Source: an uncultured archaeon (lineage in GTDB: Archaea; Iainarchaeota; Iainarchaeia; Iainarchaeales; GCA-2688035). Taken from it: a stretch of 64,000 bases of DNA. Location of the stretch: contig CAYHBD010000035.1 in assembly GCA_964354805.1 (NCBI GenBank), positions 1-64,000 on the forward strand. The letters run 5' to 3'. The notes beneath the pieces were generated by a model. The model was not told where the DNA came from. It searched no databases and saw only the letters and a program-made list of their open reading frames with translations. The first letter of the stretch is position 1, and the number at the start of each line of letters is the position of its first letter. Positions 58,301 to 64,000 of this stretch are shown here, piece by piece. The position numbers and the translations under genes are program-made.

Positions 58301-59716
58301 ATTGAAGCAGTGCTTGCAATAGGCTCTGCAGGCGTTGCCGAATGCGATCCTTTCAACACCAAAAGGCTGCCGTTGTTCATTGAGGCAACAGAGGCAGCCG
58401 GAAACTCGGGCTGGAATGCCCAGCAGAGGGAGCAAATCCTTAAAACAATCAAATTCAATGCTTTCCTGATGCAGGATGCTTTCACTGACGATTTCAGGAA
58501 AGACTTTGACATGTTCTGCAAGCAGCAGAGCTTTTTTGACTGCCCAGAATACTATCTGGAAGAGACAGGCCTGCATAAGTTCTTTGCAGACCAAGACAGG
58601 TTCAAGTTCGATTACAGCATGGCTCCGCATGCGCCGGCTGACGCAGGAAAGTACACTGTCACAATAAACATTGAATTCGACAACAAAAACTGGGATTTGT
58701 TTTCAGCCAATGAGCCGAGCGCAAAGATTTCAATTGAAATGGTCAAGCTGTCAACGCCCGAACCTGACAGCCCGTTTTATTACATACCATTTGACGGATT
58801 GATTGGAATTGACAGCATGGACGGCAGGCAGGGCTATGGCATAAACTTCAGGCAGACAAGCGAGGAAACAATCAAGATAAATAACAGCAGGGAACAGCCC
58901 ATTGTAAGCAGCACTATTGCAAACAGCACTCCAGTGCTGGACGGATGGATTGAAGCAGGCAGGAACGACAGTTTCAGGAGGCTGAACCTGGATTCAAGAG
59001 GCATACTGCTTGATGTGAGTGCAGCAGCCGATTCAACAAAGGTTACGCTTAGCCCGAGCTATGCAACGCCTGTTATAATGCAGGTTGACTATGAAAAAGG
59101 AGAGCACGCTTACGGCTTTTACTCAATTGAGGTGGATACAGCCGAACAAATAATTGGAGAGGAAACAATTGGCGGCAGCCCGCAGGCTGCTTTCAGCAAA
59201 ATGATTGCATGGAGCGGAATCGGACCTGTATGCAGGGACTTCGGTGACAGGCCTGTTATGGAGGCATGGCAGGATACATGGGATGAGCATGGAGGCATAA
59301 CAGGCAACCAGCAGTGCGCTATTGGAACAGACATAACCGATTACGGCATTGAATGGTGCAATCCAATCAGGAAGGGCAGCGTTTTCCTGGAAGGAGTGAT
59401 ATTCACTCCGCAGAACAGCACAAGCCTGATGAAAAGGGCAACCTACAGCGATAATATGACTTTGATTTCAGCCGGCAACAAGGGCAGCCAGATTGCATTG
59501 AACGGCGTGCCAGGGATGGCGTTCAACAGCTTTGGCGCAAACGGCATTGATTCTCTGGAGGATGTGCTTGAATTGGTCAAAGACAACAAGGTTTGCCTTA
59601 TAGGGCAGGGAAACAGGATCAGCGCAAAGTTCTTCTGGAATCCAAAAGCAGTTTTGGAAGTGCTGGCTGCGGAAAGAGACAAGGCAGCAGAGAAATGCAT
59701 CAAGATAAAACAGTAA
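52307..59716 (+). CDS. Giant N-terminally anchored surface protein, paralog 3 (2469 aa)
   Basis: YFKAEDKWY...PSF and TM helix; Ig-like repeats; GMHVRTG/YRTW/RDPLD..LG/ALYA; IGLGGETDD; YCDATQFSI; PFDG...GYGI; glycine-zipper insert. Confidence 0.92.
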   Translation: MALEGLKNAYFKAEDKWYAATERIGLSGLVDRIDKVVPSFALFLFIVVVLLIAGFFMLPGIMPSGAVFSFKAIDEDGAAISNVTVTVLAADGTQLASEKTGPSGETKQITLPIGKEIEIKAEKEGWQQFKKTITVSTSMLPYEITLASAEEVTYTISLKDSLGQPVREAVTLTFQCRNSAIQPWSETVSSGSTTVTEPANCNGLVASVTSSNFQPVESVSITQQNQSIFLLAITGDKATINVELLFNGQMVSEAVSVHLFKDNGTDAGIGPVETAVSENGRAVFLADAGKYFVKSSSYGSFAATKSQAFTIAAGGQQTVQLPLQKNIVGTIRLSIIDEKTGKAVGDATVFLRLGSEEIDSKETSLDNNALVEFPVTQDTTYTAVVDHGKYCLKVLNDVKIEGITRQVKLKPFTAECGGTLKVKVLDQDGRLVKGATVGLYTEEGFSAGFTTKTTDLNGIASFERVPSGTYKAFAFKGTVGNWSEPANFVQRTAEKTILTVVLNVANGTLSVKVVDDEGTPLQFAHVTFVDAITNEPTCDKLKEPTCTGTMIVEDINGIVELATRADKKVYIVATKDGYANFTSIAKPVLPEGTQQFTAILPKKIIQGEVQIELKGIFKNGKSISVLAPGEKYDALFNVRIPANKGYDRIGMHVRTGTHNAMELDKIVLKEINVGGKTAIIMATTYSQTEGYAIDSQHLSTDEGKWANIEWLENTTGIIEVAATVRVKETATSEDELLLFYRTWGIANSAYKRDPLDNDLGEAESIAGKDALYANAKQNTFQVGAESQCDELFCFSANILDVAENLTTSATDSFNAKAFKAYKLGFTVLNNSKHETDTYIDAELKIANEDEMLLMQDYKIYGAQSQMVEGMTEGASTEWVEVGNIQLNNTVNGTLNFTPQKSGSALLSVQIRSGNMIRFDKKIAINIAAEKEMNVVIAPETLPSGMETDLTVTAKDKKTGAEINEALVKVKDRFGTVVVHKFTNRMGIAVLRLPQLQPGEIVQLIVGKPNYVTFEKALQVDSKVIAVKPATIGVALNPKTKVEADSAFDIENKTAFDLQIKGIRLSGKTLGLIDVEKVNNWLFGYVNETIKSDEIKDLHLKTMLSEKGKKTSQSQQIEATLDITVAAGGSEWEQQVPVKISIGLGGETDDPGCFTVTRKEWKGSTEGNPIEIEFELQNNCSIEGAPVALKNISGRIEWHSNQAGTFSVRTENSAMEIRSGYNKQFLATIEKEQSISVVLQFTPDAGVNGKGIADIVFQAENPTDTTTQELTDKIAAEITVVNLVDCIAFSKDVIVIKPEKTDSFDIETINCGPVNEIRLESDLTVSTSNFKLGSKESKKIEVLAEKNIPGQYPIKVFAKGTDQVQFKLIKTIRARILSDKCFELSRYEFDVFDNPDNPYDGYDTAELINNCYDKQLQITVKYDEKDLMEAAKTGALVGLGMGLLGGLLGGQTDAATAQTAATGAATAAAPVSPSTGGAATGGTRVIGSGGTTAMPAGAPATGATGGAAVAGTTAASGTRVISPSQVTYDLSGGGTATGTYITVNGQSQLIDGYGNKVAVYTEQPKGVLDYLQVWNWGQPKMGWEAVPSYSVNNSTTGIDRANPAPSAAITSSPTGFASMFGGDSGGLGGGLLGNLVMGAGSAILGKPSFAGWGIQGFMIGTLMAYNNQESGTFTFPTIQKDVIFKGIQLLMPGATLEENKLVETPSTDIIARDLEETSTEPKPEDKRLSTEIRKIGFLNTTGVVQPDPATPLFRVLKVDAERVEYQTEYDTKENKTPKIKVKERKENKERFRLQFNSFNPLLVEPEMRPIPNCKLGTVVGVTGPSAVPKVSFNWDWGSIAEDACVEGNPNYVYCDATQFSIVVLKKLQRLQQFIEEQKPFDCPTAATAGAVKEQPLLGTAYDVAITKVQANKAGTEDANIVVSIESNNGVRMDAELRIDLSNAATGELAKSCTRVLSVLSKTIENCEFKNLGEGQYKVRASVSATLCPTCENSSPENDSIEAVLAIGSAGVAECDPFNTKRLPLFIEATEAAGNSGWNAQQREQILKTIKFNAFLMQDAFTDDFRKDFDMFCKQQSFFDCPEYYLEETGLHKFFADQDRFKFDYSMAPHAPADAGKYTVTINIEFDNKNWDLFSANEPSAKISIEMVKLSTPEPDSPFYYIPFDGLIGIDSMDGRQGYGINFRQTSEETIKINNSREQPIVSSTIANSTPVLDGWIEAGRNDSFRRLNLDSRGILLDVSAAADSTKVTLSPSYATPVIMQVDYEKGEHAYGFYSIEVDTAEQIIGEETIGGSPQAAFSKMIAWSGIGPVCRDFGDRPVMEAWQDTWDEHGGITGNQQCAIGTDITDYGIEWCNPIRKGSVFLEGVIFTPQNSTSLMKRATYSDNMTLISAGNKGSQIALNGVPGMAFNSFGANGIDSLEDVLELVKDNKVCLIGQGNRISAKFFWNPKAVLEVLAAERDKAAEKCIKIKQ

Positions 59717-59884
59717 AAAGGAAGAATTAAAATAAAGAATGTTAATTTGAAAAAAAATTAATCAATTAATATTTTTGGTAGCAATAAAAAAATTTCAAGC
59801 AATGTATTCCCAAAAATTTAAATAAAATTATTGGCAATCAAATAAAAAAAATAATTAATCAATCAATTCGGTTGGTTGAGCAAA

Positions 59885-62800
59885 ATGGGTCTGCACGATT
59901 TGTACACTGCCATGGAAGACAAATGGTATGGCGTATTAGACAAAATCGACAACCATCTGCCAATCTACAAAATAATTGACCCAATTGACAAGGCAGTGCC
60001 TTCTTTTGTTTTGTTCATTGCCGTAATTGCAATTATCGCTGCTTTTCTTATTCTGCCAATGCTGGCGCCTGTTGCAACACAGGTCAGAGTAACAGTGCTT
60101 GTTGCTAACGACGAAGACAATCCCCTGGAAGGGGTAACAGTTGATTACACAATCGAGGGAACAATTAACAGCGCTAAAACAAACGCTGAAGGAAAAGCCC
60201 AGTTCAATGCGCCATTTGAATCAAGCGTTGGCATAAGCATTCCTGACACAACAATAAAAGGCGTTGAATACGCTGGCGCAACAATGGAAATCACATTGGG
60301 AAAAGAATCAACAGAAAGCAAAAAAATAACCTTGACAAAAAAAGCAGCGGCAATTGAAAGAACAATTATTTTCCAAAACAGCGCTGGCGAAAGAATAACA
60401 GGCGAAACAATAAGAATAAGGCTGAGTTGCCAGAACCCTGTAGCAAAGCTGCTGAAAACCGATGCAATTGATGAGGACAAGGATGGTGAAATAAAAGTAA
60501 CAGAGCCGGCTGACTGCAGGCTGCTGCAGGCAACAATAATTGCGCCGGCCAAATTCAAGCAGAAAAGCTACAACATTTCAAACAGCACCCAAACACTGCA
60601 GCTGGAAGAACTGGACATTGCAAAGGGCGCTGTAAGGGTGAAAATAAAAGACGAAAGCGGCAATCTGCTGACTGAAACAAATTTTTCAGTGAGGCTGCTT
60701 GAAACAGACGGCAGCCTGGTGAATGAAAAATACAGCAGGAACTACGGCGAGGCTTTTTTCACGGAGGTAAAAATTGGCACGTACAATGCAAGCGTTTCTG
60801 ACGATGCAGGCGATTATGCCCTGGCAACAGCCGAAGGAATTGAGGTAAAAGTGAATGAAACAACCCAGGCCGATGTAAGAGTGAGCAAAACCATCAAGGC
60901 AAAAATAACAGTCCAGGTGATTGACAAGGCAAGCAAGAAAGCGATTGCAAATGCAACAGTGAAACTGCTGAACGCTGATGACAGGGTATTGGATGAGAAA
61001 AGCACTGGCAGCGAAGCAAAAAGCATTGTATTCTCGCTGAGTGATACACTAACTTATACCCTGCAGGCATCGCACGCTGATTATTTGTATGAAGAAGTAA
61101 AAGTGGAAAAGGCAGCAGCAGACACTGCCATAACAATTGAACTGGAAAAGCTGACAGCCCTGAACAGCGGCAGGGTTGAAGTAAAAGTTGTTGATGAAGA
61201 AAACAAGCCAGTCCACAAAGCAAAGGTAAAGCTGCGCTTCCTTGAAAGCGGAATGCTTGTTCCAATAGAGCCTGTTTTTACCGACACAAACGGCATAGCG
61301 CAGTTTAAGGGAGTGAAAGCAGGCAGCTATTACGCTTATGCGGAAAAATTCCCTGCATCGGGCGACAACAAGACAGAGGGAAAGGAAATTGACATTAGGG
61401 AAACAACGCGCTTCAAGATTGAGATGTTTATCGGAAAAACAATGGTTACGGTAAAAGCGGTTGATGAGGACAGCAAGCAGGTGCCTGAAGCAGAAGCTGA
61501 ATTCTTTGCGGAAAGCGGCGAAAGCCTTGGAAAAATCGCTTTGACTGACGGAACAGGGAAATTCGAATTGAAAGCCGACAAAAGGGTTTTTGTTATTGTA
61601 AGCCATTCTGATTATATGCCAGTCCAGACAATGCCCCAGCAGTTATTCCCATCGCAAAAAATCGAGTTCGTTGCAAAAATGGAGCCACGCCTTGTTTTAG
61701 GCGACCCGAAAGTGCAGTTTGAAGGGGTCTTTGATTCAGCAGGAAAACAGGTGCAGATGCTAAAAGCAGGAAACAAATACATAGTGAAATTCAAGCTAAG
61801 CATTCCATCCAGCGGAAATTTTAGGCAGGCAGGCTTACATTTCAGGGTTGGCGACGAGCAGTTCTCAGCAAACGACCCGCTTGTAATAAATGACATTATC
61901 GCCGGCGGAATTGACGCGCCATTACGTGGCACCAGCTTCACTCCACCGGCAGGATATGCTGATGATGAGCAGAATTTAACAGAGGGAGATGCAAAATGGG
62001 CAAACATTTTCTGGAATGGGCTGCAGCCGATGAATTACTATTTCGGATTTGAGATAAGGGTGAAAAGCCAGGTAATGCCATACACAAAGCTGTCAATGCA
62101 TTACAGGGCATGGGCAATTGACGAATCAGGAGATTACATCAGGGCGCCAGCAGATTCAGCCCTTGGCTCAGCCGAATCAACGGCAGAAAAGCAGGCATTG
62201 TACGCGGAAAAATATACTGTGCAATTTTTGGAGGGTTCGCCGGCCAAATGCGAGGAAGACTTCTGCTATAGCGGTGAAAGCATTCTGGATGAGGACAAAG
62301 GGCTGTTTGTAATTGAACCATACCAGCTGAATGCAGGCGCTCCGCACAAGCTGACATTTGATATTATAAACAACAGCGAAAGGCAATACAGCAGCGCCAA
62401 ATTATACATAACCACTGTTGGCCTGACAATCGACAGCTACAAAATAAAGAACGCTGATGCCAGGGAAATAAGCGCTGCACTACTTGCCACCAAAAAAATC
62501 GAGGAAATTGACCTGGGTGAATTCACCAAAGGAAAGAGCATTAACAGCATTGTCCATTTCAACGCCTCTGCAATCGGAAATGCCTCAATTGAAATAAAAA
62601 TAATTGCAGATGCAAGAACTGTTTTCCTGCGCACAATTACGGCAGCAGTTGAAAGCGAAAAACAGATGCACATTTCAATTGACCCTGCTTTAATAGCAGC
62701 GTATATACCAAACAGGGTGCAAATAAGCGCAAGCGAAGATATTGGCGGGCAGACATTCGGCGTTGACAACGCGCTTGTAAGGCTGACAATAACCCATCCA

Positions 62801-64000
62801 AACAAGGTAACGCAGTTCTTTAAAAACAACACAAACGGACTTGGCAAAGCAGCATTTGATTTGCCTGCACTGCAGCCCAGCACAAAAATCGTCATTGAGG
62901 TGGAAAAGCCTGGCTATTATGCAGCTCCGCTTGAGCTGTTTGTTGACAGCAACATACTGCGCTTTGACCCAAATGAAATACGCTCGCAGCTTGACACAAG
63001 AGGCATGAAAGAGCAGACATTTGCTGTTGCCGTCCAGAACATGACAGGCATGGATGTTGAAATAAAAAACATTGCATTAAGCGGGCAGTTCAAGGGCCTG
63101 CTTGACCAGGCAACAATGCTGAATTTCACAAAACAATACATCGGCACAAAAATCAAGGCAGGGACCAGCATTACAAGGGAAATGTTCAAAACAAAGCTGA
63201 GTGAAAATGCAAAACAGCTGCTGTTGAGGAATGAAAAACTTAACGGGCAATTTATCATAACAGCAACAAACAATGAAAGAACAATCACATGGGACATGAT
63301 TGTGCCATTGCAGGCTGCCATTTCAATAGGAGAACTGCCAGACAATGCACCCTGCATTGTTGTATCAAAACAGGAATGGGACAGTTCAACCGTTGAAAAC
63401 ATTGCAACAATAGAGTTTGAAGTGCAGAACAGCTGCATGTCAGGCAGCAACTTTGTTGAGCTGGACAACCTGCAGGCAAAAATGGAATGGCAGGGAGATG
63501 CAATAGGAACAGTTGAACTCACAATAATTGAAGCAGAAACAGGCGCAAGCAACAGCGCTGTTTTACGCCCGGAAATTTGGACACAGTTGTTCAAAACAAT
63601 AAGGCCTGATTCAACCTATTACGCAATGCTGAGCTTTACCCCAAAGCAGGGGCATATTGGAGAAACAGCGAAATTCACTGTTTTGATTGACGGCCAGATT
63701 GCAACAGGCGCAGGCTTGACCTTTGTGGGAGCAAAGCCAGAGGCAATTAATTCAACAATCAAGGTAATCAACCTGCAGCAATGCATCAAATACCAGGACG
63801 CGGAAAACATTGTGAAAATGGCCGGAGGGCAGAATGACACAAAGTTCACAGTTGACACAAGCGATTGCGGCAATATTGCTGTATCAATCGAGTTATGCAG
63901 GCAGAACCCGAACTGCGCCGGCGGGGCAGAGGGCGGAATTATGGTAACACCGCTTTCCTTTACATTAACCAAGGACAATCCTTCAAAAGAAATAAGCGTT
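59885..64000 (+). CDS. Giant N-terminally anchored surface protein, paralog 4 (partial, >1372 aa; not in the ORF track)
   Basis: Hand translation: MGLHDLYTAMEDKWYGVLDKIDNHLPIYKIIDPIDKAVPSFVLFIAVIAIIAAFLIL...; later AGLHFRVG, RGTSFTPPAGY, HYRAW, RAPADSALGSAESTAEKQALYA; frame still open at base 64000. Confidence 0.9.
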   Translation, partial: MGLHDLYTAMEDKWYGVLDKIDNHLPIYKIIDPIDKAVPSFVLFIAVIAIIAAFLILPMLAPVATQVRVTVLVANDEDNPLEGVTVDYTIEGTINSAKTNAEGKAQFNAPFESSVGISIPDTTIKGVEYAGATMEITLGKESTESKKITLTKKAAAIERTIIFQNSAGERITGETIRIRLSCQNPVAKLLKTDAIDEDKDGEIKVTEPADCRLLQATIIAPAKFKQKSYNISNSTQTLQLEELDIAKGAVRVKIKDESGNLLTETNFSVRLLETDGSLVNEKYSRNYGEAFFTEVKIGTYNASVSDDAGDYALATAEGIEVKVNETTQADVRVSKTIKAKITVQVIDKASKKAIANATVKLLNADDRVLDEKSTGSEAKSIVFSLSDTLTYTLQASHADYLYEEVKVEKAAADTAITIELEKLTALNSGRVEVKVVDEENKPVHKAKVKLRFLESGMLVPIEPVFTDTNGIAQFKGVKAGSYYAYAEKFPASGDNKTEGKEIDIRETTRFKIEMFIGKTMVTVKAVDEDSKQVPEAEAEFFAESGESLGKIALTDGTGKFELKADKRVFVIVSHSDYMPVQTMPQQLFPSQKIEFVAKMEPRLVLGDPKVQFEGVFDSAGKQVQMLKAGNKYIVKFKLSIPSSGNFRQAGLHFRVGDEQFSANDPLVINDIIAGGIDAPLRGTSFTPPAGYADDEQNLTEGDAKWANIFWNGLQPMNYYFGFEIRVKSQVMPYTKLSMHYRAWAIDESGDYIRAPADSALGSAESTAEKQALYAEKYTVQFLEGSPAKCEEDFCYSGESILDEDKGLFVIEPYQLNAGAPHKLTFDIINNSERQYSSAKLYITTVGLTIDSYKIKNADAREISAALLATKKIEEIDLGEFTKGKSINSIVHFNASAIGNASIEIKIIADARTVFLRTITAAVESEKQMHISIDPALIAAYIPNRVQISASEDIGGQTFGVDNALVRLTITHPNKVTQFFKNNTNGLGKAAFDLPALQPSTKIVIEVEKPGYYAAPLELFVDSNILRFDPNEIRSQLDTRGMKEQTFAVAVQNMTGMDVEIKNIALSGQFKGLLDQATMLNFTKQYIGTKIKAGTSITREMFKTKLSENAKQLLLRNEKLNGQFIITATNNERTITWDMIVPLQAAISIGELPDNAPCIVVSKQEWDSSTVENIATIEFEVQNSCMSGSNFVELDNLQAKMEWQGDAIGTVELTIIEAETGASNSAVLRPEIWTQLFKTIRPDSTYYAMLSFTPKQGHIGETAKFTVLIDGQIATGAGLTFVGAKPEAINSTIKVINLQQCIKYQDAENIVKMAGGQNDTKFTVDTSDCGNIAVSIELCRQNPNCAGGAEGGIMVTPLSFTLTKDNPSKEISV

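Noticed and set aside
1-64000. CRISPR array or cas genes
   Set aside because: No regularly spaced direct repeats with unique spacers and no Cas motifs. The 4009-4101 repeats alternate in orientation and are only 13-15 bp.
32997-64000. Provirus or tail/tape-measure cluster
   Set aside because: No integrase, capsid, terminase or portal genes; the proteins are membrane-anchored and flanked by housekeeping genes.

Overview
Archaeal chromosomal window. Evidence: a tRNA-Gln with a bulge-helix-bulge intron, a CTP-dependent riboflavin kinase, a PAC2 proteasome chaperone and a geranylgeranyl reductase. The gene content suggests a DPANN lineage, possibly Iainarchaeota/Diapherotrites (inference only). 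The first ~9.4 kb holds a TnpA-only IS200/IS605 element, housekeeping genes (GGR, uppS, DUF192, a P2-type ATPase), a tRNA and an AT-rich spacer with four alternating inverted repeats. The remaining ~54 kb is dominated by a cell-surface/secretion region. It has a 1279-aa anchored protein with ~50 D-x-N motifs, two separate VirB11/TadA ATPase + TadC-like platform modules, an archaeosortase-family protein, two pilin-like class III signal proteins and a 1.6-kaa C-terminally anchored protein. It also has a near-tandem array of at least four paralogous giant membrane-anchored proteins: 2875, ~2700, 2469 and >1372 aa. The last is missing from the ORF track because it runs off the window. The giants share an N-terminal cytoplasmic motif, Ig/carboxypeptidase-regulatory-like repeats and a conserved core. 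Each complete copy carries a different inserted module: hydrophobic segments plus a Ca-binding and a degenerate SLT-like domain, Gly/Tyr low-complexity tracts, or glycine zippers. The best candidate for a new system is this ATPase-associated, multi-paralog giant-protein apparatus, plausibly for host attachment or penetration (inference).
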